A DNA stretch of 64,000 bases from Eledone cirrhosa (GCA_964016885.1 OZ024755.1:31558001-31622000); one strand, 5' to 3'; shown: positions 50,105 to 63,179, counted from the stretch's first letter. Numbers and translations are program-made. Notes: generated from the sequence alone by a model not told the origin.

Positions 50105-51681
50105 ACAGACTGTGTCTTTCATCAGAAATATGATAATGAAAGGGTTAATAACATAGACAGTGTCTTTCATTAGAAATAGGGTAATGTAAGGGTTAATAAC
50201 ATAGACAGTGTCTTTCATTAGAAATATGGTAATGAAAGGGTTAATAACATAGACAGTGTCTTTCATTAGAAATAGGGTAATGTAAGGGTTAATAACATAG
50301 ACAGTGTCTTTCATTAGAAATAGGGTAATGTAAGGGTTAATAACATAGACAGTGTCTTTCATTAGAAATATGGTAATGAAAGGGTTAATAACATAGACAG
50401 TGTCTTTCATTAGAAATATGGTAATGAAAGGGTTAATAACATAGACAGTGTCTTTCATTAGATATATGGTAATGAAAGGGTTAATGACATAGACAGTGTC
50501 TTTCATTAGAAATATGGTAATGAAAGGGTTAATAACATAGACAGTGTCTTTCATTAGAAATATGGTAATGAAAGGGTTAATAACATAGACAGTGTCTTTC
50601 ATTAGAAATATGGTAATGAAAGGGTTAATAACATAGGCAGTGTCTTTCATTAGAAATATGGTAATGAAAGGGTTAATAACATAGACAGTGTCTTTCATTA
50701 GAAATATGGTAATGAAAGGGTTATGATAATGAAAGGGTTAATGACATAGCAATGTCTTTCATTAGAAATATGGTAATGAAAGGGTTAATGATATAGGTAG
50801 TGTCTTTCATAAGAAATATGGTAATGAAAGGGTTAAAGACATAGACTGTGTCTTTCATTAGAAATATGGTAATGTAAGGGTTAATGACAGTGTCTTTCAT
50901 TAGAAATATGGTAATGAAAGGGTTAATGACAGTGTCTTTCATTAGAAATATGGTAATGAAAGGGTTAATAACATAGACAGTGTCTTTCATTAGAAATATG
51001 GTAATGAAAGGGTTAATAACATAGGCAGTGTCTTTCATTAGAAATATGATAATGAAAGGGTTAATGACATAGACAGTGTCTTTCATTAGAAATATGGTAA
51101 TGAAAGGGTTAATAACATAGGCAGTGTCTTTCATTAGAAATATGGTAATGAAAGGGTTAATAACATAGACAGTGTCTTTCATTAGAAATATGGTAATGAA
51201 AGGGTTAATAACATAGGCAGTGTCTTTCATTAGAAATATGATAATGAAAGGGTTAATGACATAGACAGTGTCTTTCATTAGAAATATGGTAATGAAAGGG
51301 TTAATAACATAGGCAGTGTCTTTCATTAGAAATATGATAATGAAAGGGTTAATAACATAGGCAGTGTCTTTCATTAGAAATATGATAATGAAAGGGTTAA
51401 TGACATAGACAGTGTCTTTCATTAGAAATATGGTAATGAAAGGGTTAATGACATAGACAGTGTCTTTCATTAGAAATATGATAATGAAAGGGTTAATGAC
51501 ATAGACAGTGTCTTTCATTAGAAATATGGTAATGAAAGAGTTAATAACATAGACAGTGTCTTTCAATAGAAATATGATAATGAAAGGGTTAATGACATAG
51601 CAATGTCTTTCATTAGAAATATGGTAATGAAAGGGTTAAAGACAGTGTCTTTCATTAGAAATATGGTAATGAAAGGGTTAA
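50105..51681 (-). repeat. 48-bp TTAACCCTTT minisatellite, about 33 copies
   Basis: Direct tandem array giving [16 protein letters not shown] ORFs. Confidence 0.95.
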
Positions 51682-52157
51682 AAAATAAGGTCAGTCCTGA
51701 CTGAGGAGGAGGAGGCCTATGGTTAGAAGTATTCCAGTCATGACCTGCAGCCTAATGTAATCAAAACTACATGCAATGTTTTAAAATGGTAAAATATAAT
51801 TTGAACAAGATTTGACTGCTATTTCTAGCAGGTTGATCTATGACCTCCCCATATTTTAACACAATCAAGTATCAAGATTATATTTCTGGCTTGTTACTCA
51901 AGGAATTCTCCCTGCATTATGACACATTATTGATTTCTCTAACTCCACAATATTAATCAGCACTTATGTAAGTCAATATTTGTGAAAATCTAACTATTTT
52001 GATAGCTGTCTGCACAAAACCACCTTTGATTCTATAAAACAAAAACCAAGGTGAACAAGAAGCCTTTCATGGAACCTACAAGGTTAATCCCTGTTTTAAA
52101 AATGGCCTTAAAATACTGCAAGGTTTTTGGTTTGCTGATCAACAATTTCTGTCAACA

Positions 52158-55100
52158 TCACCACACTATACTGTACAATATGGTGGCATACCACACTATA
52201 CTGTACCATATGGTGGCATACCACACTATACTGTACAATATGGTGCCACACCATTCTATACTGTATAATATGGTGGCATACCACACTATACTGTACAATA
52301 TGGTGGCATACCACACTATACTGTACAATATGATGCCATACCATTCTATACTGTACAATATGGTGGCATACCACACTATACTGTACAATATGGTGGCATA
52401 CCACTCTATACTGTACAATATGGTGGCATACCATTCTATACTGTACAATATGGTGCCATACCATTCTATACTGTACAATATGGTGGCATACCATTCTATA
52501 CTGTACAATATGGTGCCATACCACTCTATACTGTACAATATGGTGGCATACCACTCTATACTGTACAATATGGTGGCATACCATTCTATACTGTACAATA
52601 TGGTGGCATACCATTCTATACTGTACAATATGGTGGCATACCACTCTATACTGTACAATATGGTGCCATACCACTCTATACTGTACAATATGGTGGCATA
52701 CCATTCTATACTGTACAATATGGTGCCATACCACTCTATACTGTACAATATGGTGGCATACCATTCTATACTGTACAATATGGTGGCATACCATTCTATA
52801 CTGTACAATATGGTGCCATACCACTCTATACTGTACAATATGGTGGCATACCATTCTATACTGTACAATATGGTGCCATACCACTCTATACTGTACAATA
52901 TGGTGGCATACCACTCTATACTGTACAATATGGTGGCATACCACTCTATACCGTACAATATGGTGGCATACCATTCTATACTGTACAATATGGTGGCATA
53001 CCATTCTATACTGTACAATATGGTGGCATACCATTCTATACTGTACAACATGGTGCCATACCACTCTATACTGTACAATATGGTGGCATACCATTCTATA
53101 CTGTACAATATGGTGGCATACAATTCTATACTGTACAATATGGTGGCATACCATTCTATACTGTACAATATGGTGGCATACCACTCTATACTGTACAATA
53201 TGGTGCCATACCATTCTATACTGTACAATATGGTGCCACACCACTCTATACTGTACAATATGGTGGCATACCATTCTATACTGTACAATATGGTGGCATA
53301 CCATTCTATACTGTACAATATGGTGACATACCACTCTATACTGTACAATATGGTGCCATACCACTCTATACTGTACAATATGGTGGCATACCATTCTATA
53401 CTGTACAATATGGTGGCATACCATTCTATACTGTACAATATGGTGCCATACCACTCTATACTGTACAATATGGTGCCATACCATTCTATACTGTACAATA
53501 TGGTGCCACACCACTCTATACTGTACAATATGGTGGCATACCATTCTATACTGTACAATATGGTGGCATACCATTCTATACTGTACAATATGGTGGCATA
53601 CCACTCTATACTGTACAATATGGTGCCATACCACTCTATACTGTACAATATGGTGGCATACCATTCTATACTGTACAATATGGTGGCATACCATTCTATA
53701 CTGTACAATATGGTGCCATACCACTCTATACTGTACAATATGGTGCCATACCACTCTATACTGTACAATATGGTGGCATACCATTCTATACTGTACAATA
53801 TGGTGGCATACCATTCTATACTGTACAATATGGTGGCATACCATTCTATACTGTACAATATGGTGGCATACCATTCTATACTGTACAATATGGTGGCATA
53901 CCACTCTATACTGTACAATATGGTGCCATACCATTCTATACTGTACAATATGGTGCCACACCACTCTATACTGTACAATATGGTGGCATACCATTCTATA
54001 CTGTACAATATGGTGGCATACCATTCTATACTGTACAATATGGTGGCATACCACTCTATACTGTACAATATGGTGGCATACCATTCTATACTGTACAATA
54101 TGGTGGCATACCATTCTATACTGTACAATATGGTGGCATACCATTCTATACTGTACAATATGGTGCCATACCACTCAATACTGTACAATATGGTGGCATA
54201 CCACTCTATACTGTACAATATGGTGGCATACCACTCTATACTGTACAATATGGTGGCATACCACTCTATACTGTACAATATGGTGGCATACCATTCTATA
54301 CTGTACAATATGGTGGCATACCATTCTATACTGTACAATATGGTGTCATACCACTCTATACTGTACAATATGGTGGCATACCACACTATACTGTACAATA
54401 TGGTGGCATACCACACTATACTGTACAATATGGTGGCATACCACACTATACTGTACAATATGGTGGCATACCACTCTATACTGTACAATATGGTGGCATA
54501 CCACTCTATACTGTACAATATGGTGGCATACCATTCTATACTGTACAATATGGTGGCATACCACTCTATACTGTACAATATGGTGCCATACCACTCTATA
54601 CTGTACAATATGGTGGCATACCACTCTATACTGTACAATATGGTGGCATACCACACTATACTGTACAATATGGTGGCATACCACTCTATACTGTACAATA
54701 TGGTGGCATACCATTCTATACTGTACAATATGGTGGCATACCACTCTATACTGTACAATATGGTGGCATACCACTCTATACTGTACAATATGGTGCCATA
54801 CCATTCTATACTGTACAATATGGTGCCACACCACTCTATACTGTACAATATGGTGGCATACCATTCTATACTGTACAATATGGTGCCATACCATTCTATA
54901 CTTTACAATATGGTGGCATACCACTCTATACTGTACAATATGGTGGCATACCATTCTATACTGTACAATATGGTGGCATACCATTCTATACTGTACAATA
55001 TGGTGGCATACCACTCTATACTGGACAATATGGTGGCATACCACTCTATACTGTACAATATGGTGGCATACCATTCTATACTGTACAATATGGTGGCATA

Positions 55101-55450
55101 CCATTCTATACTGTACAATATGGTGGCATACCATTCTATACTGTACAATATGGTGCCATACCACTCTATACTGTACAATATGGTGGCATACCACTCTATA
55201 CTGTACAATATGGTGGCATACCACTCTATACTGTACAATATGGTGGCATACCACTCTATACTGTACAATATGGTGGCATACCATTCTATACTGTACAATA
55301 TGGTGGCATACCATTCTATACTGTACAATATGGTGGCATACCATTCTATACCACTCTATACTGTACAATATGGTGGCATACCACACTATACTGTACAATA
55401 TGGTGGCATACCATTCTATACTGTACAATATGGTGGAATACCATTCCATA
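52158..55450. repeat. 30-bp minisatellite CCATTCTATACTGTACAATATGGTGGCATA, about 110 copies
   Basis: Strict 30-bp period with a few recurring substitution variants. Confidence 0.98.
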
Positions 55451-56764
55451 GGCAGTGTGTTTTATTACACCGATGATAATGAAAGGATTGAAGGTTTATA
55501 AATATAAAAGGAAGTCGTTAGAACACAAAATCTTATACAAAATACAAACTGAATTTTAATGGATGAATGTTAAAATCAATATGTTATGTTTTAGTAACAT
55601 ATACATCGACAATAGACACACGGACATATATTATATATAAAGGCATCCAGCCATTGAAATGAAGCCAAAATAAAGCATTCACCTGACATATCTCACCTCA
55701 GAACATCAGAGATGTCTAACCTATGGAAAATATTTGTGTGATGGTGATAACACATATACCTCCACACATGCACATTCGCACCTACATTGAAGCAAAATAG
55801 ATATTTTTGCTGAAAGTGAAATTTTGTGTATTGCATGTAAGTTGCTTTGATGTTCAAAAATATGTTAAATATTTTATTCTTTTTCTAAATCAAAACTATT
55901 TCTTGAATTATATTTAGAGAGTATATGGGAGAGTTCTGGGAGAGTATATGGGAGAGTTCTGGGAGAGTATATGGGAGAATATACTGGAGAGTTCTGGGAG
56001 AGGATATGGTAACTCTGAAAACAAAGAAAAGTAATCATAAAGAATATAAAGGTTACCAAATATGAAGTGGAGAAGGTGGGTAGAATTATATTTTCTCTCT
56101 GATGAGGCAAATTTTCAGGAAAACAAATGTCATTTAACACCTTCCAGACCATATCTCTAATGAAATACAGTTTCAATTAATGAAGAAGTTTTGACAGATT
56201 TATGAAAATTTATTAATTATTTCCTTACTAAGATAATTGTTTCTACTTTAGGCACAAGGCCAGCAATCACCCAGTGCATTACTGGTACTTTATTTTATCG
56301 ACCCCGTAAGGATGAAAGGCAAAGTCAACCTCGGCGGGATTTACTAAGATAATAACTTAACATATGGATCTTATAAAACTTAGGTAAAATTATGTTGGAA
56401 GATTTAAATCTAAATAGGAACCATTTAAAATGAGTATTTTTTTTATCATAGAAGCAGGTTTAGAGGCATCTAAACAGTTGTTTAATCCATGTTGGTTGTC
56501 ATAGAAACAGTTTTGGAGGTGTCTAAACAGCTGTTTAATCCATGTTGTCATAGAAACAGGTTTGGAGGTGTCTAAACAACTGTTTAATCCAGGTTAGTCA
56601 TACCATAAAATTCCTCTATATATTATCTAAACATGAAATTTTTCATGTCACAAACATCTCATCTAGTTTGTTCAACATGAAGATATCACTAAAGAGAAAG
56701 GAAAATGTAGTAGTGGTAGTAGTGATGGTGGTAATGATGATGACAAAGCAAACTATATTATTGT

Positions 56765-57500
56765 AACACTCGCTTGTATACGAATGGAGATATTACATAG
56801 TAGTGAGACCTGGGCGTTGTGTGCTGAAGACTTGCGTAGATTAGAAAGAAATGAAGCTTGCATGCTCCGATGGATGTGTAATAGTAATGTGCGCGAACAG
56901 TGAAGTATAACCGAATTGAGAGAGAGACTAAGCAGAAGAGGTATCAAAAGTTGTGTTTTGGAGAGGAGAATGCATTGGTATGGACATGTGATGCTTATGA
57001 AGGACGACAGCTGTATAAAAAAGTGCAGGGCAATGAAAATTGATGGAAGCTATGGAGTGGGTAGACCAAGAAAAACCTGGGACAAGGTGATAAAAACTGA
57101 CCTTGCCCACTTACACCTCTCTAAGATATTTGGCGCCATGCAGTTGTACAGAAGACCTGACTGCCAACGCATACAAACCTACAGTCAGTAGGCACCTCTT
57201 AAACCAATATACACCCCGCCCCACACACCCTACCCATCCTCCCATTTCTGTCCACTGTATCGGTGACACAACAAAAAGCACCCAGTCCACAATGTAAGAT
57301 GGTCGTATAGGAGACACAGTAAGAAGGCTCCCAGTCCACACTGTAAATGTGGTTGGTGTTGGGAAGGGCATCCAGCCATAGAAAACCTGCCAGAGACACT
57401 TCTTTACAAGCAAGACACGGTCTCCCGACCCTTCCCGCATCAAATGGAACAAAATCGTCTAACCCATGCTAGCGTGGAAGATGGACGTTAAATGATAATG
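56765..57500 (+). mobile_element. RTE LINE 3' fragment with 3'UTR
   Basis: Reverse complement of 17765-18510; [19 protein letters not shown]. Confidence 0.88.
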
Positions 57501-57667
57501 CTGATAGCCATTCAATGGTAGTTTGCCAATTGCTGCTATGAATTGATTATTATCCTTTTTACATTCATTTTGATTGCATTTATATTTGATTGTATTTACA
57601 TTCAGCTATTTTTCTTACTGGTAATAAGGTAGTAAGGAATTACTGTTTATAGTTGTATATAGTGTAT

Positions 57668-58007
57668 ATCATTCATCATTTCAATTTACGTCTGCTTTTC
57701 TCTGCTTGCAAGGGTGGGACGGGAATTGATTCTGGCTTGATTTCTACAGCTGGATGCCCTTCCTAACACCAACCTCATTTACAGTGAGTGCTGGGTGCTT
57801 TTTTTGCCGTGGCACCTCCACGACCACTCTGCAGTGGAATGATAGGGACCCCAGTCCCTATCATCTCATTTCTACAGCTGAGTAAACTGGAGCAATGTGA
57901 AATAAAGTGTCTTGCTCAAGGAAACAACGCATCACCCGGTCTGAGAATTGAACTCACAACCTTTCAATTGCAAGGCCAATGCTCTAACCACTAAGCCATG
58001 TGCCTCC
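57668..58007 (-). mobile_element. tRNA-derived CORE-like SINE, full length
   Basis: Near-identical to 3866-4200. Confidence 0.9.
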
Positions 58008-58233
58008 ACTATATATATATATATATACACATATGTGTATGTATATATCTATTTATATACATATACAGTTGCACCTGAAGTAGATACTCCCAATGTATTA
58101 CTGGTACATATTTACTAATACAAACAAGGAAGGTAGATGGGGAAGAAAGTTGAATCACAATGGTAGGATTTAAATAAAAGAAAAATCCCGCTTAACTGGA
58201 TGATATATATATATATAAATATATATGTGTGTG

Positions 58234-58269
<36 letters not shown>

Positions 58270-58399
58270 GAAGTTATATTTAATTTGTTGGGATTCCAAC
58301 AAACATAAATGTTTATAACTCGTATAGAGCACTCAACAGTTTACTGGAGTAAATATTCAATATATTAATAAATGGAAACTATATTTATAAAACCATAAT

Positions 58400-58464
58400 T
58401 ATTTTATTATATATATTTCAAGGGCGACCAAGCCAATCTTGGTGCGCTTTCATCAGATAAAATA
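58400..58464 (-). ncRNA. Minimal type I hammerhead ribozyme motif in pLTR fragment (58265-58530)
   Basis: TATTTTAT-CTGATGA-AAGCGCACCAAG-ATTGG-CTTGGTCGCCCTT-GAAA-TATATA-TA^ATAAAATA; perfect 8-bp stem I. Confidence 0.78.
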
Positions 58465-58646
58465 CAAAATTTGTTTTATAAATAGTGACATAACCATGGA
58501 AAACAACCTTGGCAGTTGAAAATTTGCTGGAGATATATATATATATATATGTATATATATGTATATATATGTATATATACATATATATACATATATATAC
58601 ACACACATATACATATATAAATATATATACATATATGTATATATAT

Positions 58647-58724
58647 ATGGGAGGTCGGGTACTCTGTATTACTGCGTGATGACCTCTGGCATCACGCAGT
58701 AATACAGAGTACCCGACCTCCCAT
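58647..58724. repeat. Perfect 35-bp-arm hairpin at the 5' end of a truncated RTE 3' fragment
   Basis: ATGGGAGGTCGGGTACTCTGTATTACTGCGTGATG-ACCTCTGG-reverse complement. Confidence 0.9.
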
Positions 58725-58899
58725 GGGTACAAGCTGAAGCATATAGATAATATGCCCCCACACCCTCCCACTGCAAGGTGGTCGTGGAGGTGCCACGGCA
58801 AAAAAGCACCCAGCCCACACTGTAAAGTGGACGTGTAGGCGCCACGAAAAAGCACCCAGCACTCACTGTAAATGAGGTTGTTGGAGATAAGTGTGTCCG

Positions 58900-60686
58900 A
58901 AATGATGCTGGTGTACTTAGTGTCACAAATGATCAATAAAAGGAGGCCTGGAAATGTCACTATGGGAGACTGATGAATATAGAGAACGAATGGGAGAGAG
59001 AGGAATTACCCCCAGTAGATCCGACAGAGGGACCAGCTATTGAGATTGACGAATATAGGGTCCAAGAGGCAATTAAGGAAATGAGAAATGGTAAGGCTGC
59101 TGGACTGTCGGAGATAGTTGCTGAGATGCTGAAGGCTTCAGAAGAAGTAGGCCCTAAACTAGTTGCACGCATCAGAAATCAAGCTATATATGGTGGTGTC
59201 ATACCCAAAGACTGGTGCAGCAGTATTCTCATAAATTGTTACAAAGGTAAAGGGGATGCTCTAGAGAGGAGCAATTATAGGGGCATAAAGCTGATGGATC
59301 AGGTTATAAAAGTGGCAGAGAGAATATTAGCGCAACTGATTAGAGAAAGCCCTCTTCTTAGTGAGACAATTACAAGAGAGGTTCTTAGAGTAGAATAAGC
59401 CACTATACTTAGCCTTTGTTGACCTAGAGAAAGCCTTTGATAGGGTACCCCAATCTGTCATCTGGTGGTCTGTAAGGAAACTAGGTGTTGAGGAATGGCT
59501 TGTGAGGACAGTGTAAACTTTGTACAGAGGTACTATCAGTAAAGTCAGGGTAGGAATGGAGTTTAGTGAAGAATTCCAGATACAAGTAGGAGTACATCAA
59601 GGTTCGGTCCTCGGCCCGCTCTTGTTCATTATAGTCCTCCAAGCCATAACAGAGGAGTTTCAGACTGGCTGCCTATGGAAACTTCTCTATGCTGATGATC
59701 TGGTTCTTAAAGCAGAATCAGTAGAGGAGCTAGAGAATAAATTCTGGCTATGGAAACAGCAGTTGGAATCAAGAGGACTGAGAGTGAACCTAGCTAAGAC
59801 AAAAGTATTGATAAGTAGAAAAGAGGACAAAACTCTGATTCCATCAGGGAAATGGCCATGTTCGATATGTAGAAAAGGAACTGGCATAAATTCTATAAAA
59901 TGTACACAATGCAGATATTGGGTACACAAGAGATGTAGCGGGATAGCAAGCAAACTAACAGGTAGGGAAAACTATGTATGCAGTAGATTTACAGGGAAAG
60001 TTGGCAGTAGTAATCGCAGTGATAGACACATTTTTCAAATGCGGGTGGGTTCTATAGAAGTGGTTGATAGCTTCCGGTACCTAGGCAATCAGATTAGCAT
60101 GGAAGGGGGGTGTTCCGAGGCCATAGTATCTAGAATAAGGATGGGTTGGAAGAAGTTTAAGGAGCTGCTTCCTCTGTTGACAAAGAAGGGTTTCTCCCTG
60201 CATACGAAAGGCTGGTTACATGATGCCTGTGTGAGGAGCGCGATGCTGCATGGTAGTGAGACATGGGCAGCAACTACAGAAGATATGCTACAGCTGGAGA
60301 GAAGTGAAGCAAGCATACTGCGTTGGATGTGCAATGTCAATGTGTGTGAACGACCAAGCATAGATGAGTTGAGAGAGAAACTTGGTATAAGAGCGATAAG
60401 TTGTAGTGTGCGGGAGAGAGGACTGCGATAGTATGGACATGTGACATGCATGGAGGATGACCGCTGGGTAAAGAAGTGCCAAGAAATCCCAGTAGAAGGA
60501 AGACGCAGCAGAAGAAGACCATGAAAAACATGGGCGGAGGTGGTGAGAGCAGACCTCAGATCGCTGAAGCTCACGGAGGAGATGACGAAGGACGGTGCCA
60601 AGTGGAGAGATGCTGTGCTGTATAGGACCCGTCCAACCCTTGCAAGCAGGGAAAAGCGGATGTAAAATGATGATGATGATGATGAT
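58900..60686 (+). mobile_element. 5'-truncated RTE-clade LINE, RT with YADD and PHD-like finger; inactivated by stops and a deletion
   Basis: [57 protein letters not shown]; (ATG)n tail. Confidence 0.95.
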
Positions 60687-60720
60687 ATATTTATATATAT
60701 AATACATATATATAAATATA

Positions 60721-61807
60721 CTAGCTGGCCTGTCCGAGTAGGTATACCGGCATTTCATCTTTTCAGGATTCCCCCCTCCACTCCAGTGCAAAGATACCAC
60801 ACACCCTCTCAAGCCAGCAAGGGGGGGTGGGGGGTAACGTGCTCTGATGTTGGGTTTGAATAGTTTTTAGGATTCCCCAGTTCAGCAGCCAGTACGTTAA
60901 AGAAAATTGATAGTTACAACAATAAAGGCTGAAAAGAGAACACATTTTTTAACAAACTTTACCATAATTTGTACAACCATAATGGAAATTAATAACAGAA
61001 AATACATAAATTACATTGTTAGAGCCTCAGAGTATACAATATTTTTTGTTCGACCCGCGGGAGCAAAGATGACGAGATTGTTTGGCGAGCTCACCCTAGA
61101 GCATCCTACATACAATTGACCATGAGAGAAGCATGGTTTTCCCAGATGAAGGCCAACCACTTTTAGGGTTTGACTCTGAGCTTTGTTAATGGTAATCGCG
61201 AAGCTTAGTCTCTCTGTTGCTCTAATAACATTTTATCTTCTGGAAAATCTGATCTTGCGGCCAGGCTGGGACTTTTGGGGCGGCATATCAGCAGTAACGA
61301 TGACGATAAGCCGTCTGTGCTTTCGTGAAATAAATACGTTTGTTTATATTTTGTTTTTGTGTATGCAAAAATATCTGTACACGAATATATAATTATATAT
61401 ATATATATATATATATATTAAAATAACAGATTAAAGTTTAAGAAAAGAATAGCTGCTTTCACCCTTAACGGGATCTTCTGAAACTAAAAAAAATCAATCT
61501 GTGAACGCAGAAGTAAATATTTTGAAAAACGTTGCAACCGAAGGAAAACAGGAAGACGATACTTTGGTCTGTGAAGACAGACAGATATTATAAGCGTGTA
61601 ACGTTATAGTTACATATCTAATGCAGACAGCCAGACATACAGAGATATTATAAAGGCACAACGTTATAGCTATATATCTAAAAAGACAGACTAAGAAAGA
61701 GAGGGAAATGTTGTATAACCAGAAATGTTGACATTTGAAAATTTTAAAGAAGTGAATATTTAAATAAACGATAAAATATCTTTAATCTTTAAATCAAATT
61801 TAGAAGA
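60721..61807 (-). mobile_element. Probable Helitron-like element(s)
   Basis: CTAG|T end with short hairpin at the left; TCTTCTAAATTT start at the right; 61735-61780 resembles 33170-33220. Confidence 0.45.
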
Positions 61808-61849
61808 CAAAAAAATACCCTCACTTTTTTACTTGGAAAAAGTTACCTC

Positions 61850-62190
61850 TATGGTGCAAATTTGGTGCTGTGTCTCCATTGAATTGAAGTGCCCTGAATG
61901 TGAAAACATTTGCTTGAGCAAATCTGGTCTCAGGAGCCACAGTCGCAGCCATGTTCAAAGAGAACCAGTGAACTATGATCTCCACGGTGTTGTGAGGGTT
62001 TACGGGCAACCTGATGCAGGAGCTCAAGCCAGGGAGATCCATAGTTGTCGTCAGTGTGTGAAGGAGTGCAAGTCTCTAGCAGGCTTGAAAAGCCACATCC
62101 GAACGTCACAGATCTGAATCTGACAAGTGATTGCAATACTCTTGGCAGTGTTTGCAGCCATCATGTATGTACGTACGTATGTATGTATGT
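61850..62190 (+). mobile_element. Non-LTR (RTE/BovB-like) 3' end with two C2H2-like fingers and (ATGT)n tail
   Basis: CPEC…SKSGLRSHSRSH and CRQC…SLAGLKSHIR motifs; 3'UTR shared with 29498-29550. Confidence 0.65.
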
Positions 62191-63179
62191 GTGTGTGTGT
62201 GTGTGTATGTATACACACACTCATATTCATGGTATTCAGGTTTGTAAATATTGAAAACACACACAGACATACATTCATATCTAATTGTTTTAAAAAGGTG
62301 TTTAGATAAAGGTGTTTAAAAATGTGTGTGTGTAAATATCAAAGTGTGTGTGACTGTCAGTGTGTGTGACTGTACATGACTATTGGTGAGTGTGTATGTA
62401 AATACAGATACGTTCTCAGTGCAAGTATTTCTGTGTGTTACCAATAAAACACATTATACTACACAACCATTAAGTATGACAATAGAGAAACAAAACACTA
62501 TACATGTTGGGCTGGATGGAGTGACAACTACAAACAGAAAATATCAGTTGAGAAATATAAGTGAAATAAAATGTCACCCCATCCCCAAAAGAACTGTTTG
62601 ATGTCACAATGGATGTTTCTAAAATTTGCCAGTTGTTCTTTATAAACTCCAGCTAGAGTTAGACTAGTTATAACCACTTATTAAGCAAGGACAGTTGTCA
62701 CATAATATTATCTACAATATAACCTTTTGGTTTAAATACAACAGCCTTACTAAATCATGTCTTATTTACTCTTAATGTCCAGTTAGGATTTAGCAGAAAA
62801 TGTTTCAAAACAGGTTTATTTATTCAAATGTTTATAGGATCTTTACTAGTGGACAGATTGTTGTGAAAATGTGGAATATTAGAATAAAGGCTCTAATATT
62901 TAATGTGATGCAGTCATAGTACATTTGGTACTTTTCAAAAAAATACCTTGCTAATGTGCTTTCATGTAGTACAAAATATTAATAGTTATGGCAGCTCAGT
63001 AATAACTACAATCCTCTGATGTAGCTAGCTATAGCTGTGTTGTTAAAACATCAGTTGTACTACACACAACCAATATTAATTATAACATAAACACTAAAAC
63101 GTCTAGTATATCTGGCTGAAACCATGCTGTAATATCAGCTCACTAGTAGCACATATATAAGAGAAATATTATTATATAA

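Noticed and set aside
52051-55476. 1141-aa ORF and overlapping long ORFs
   Set aside because: Translations of a stop-free 30-bp tandem repeat, open in several frames on both strands, with no gene context.
61833-62117. Host C2H2 zinc-finger gene
   Set aside because: No TGEKP linkers; followed by a repeated 3'UTR and microsatellite tail typical of a non-LTR element end.
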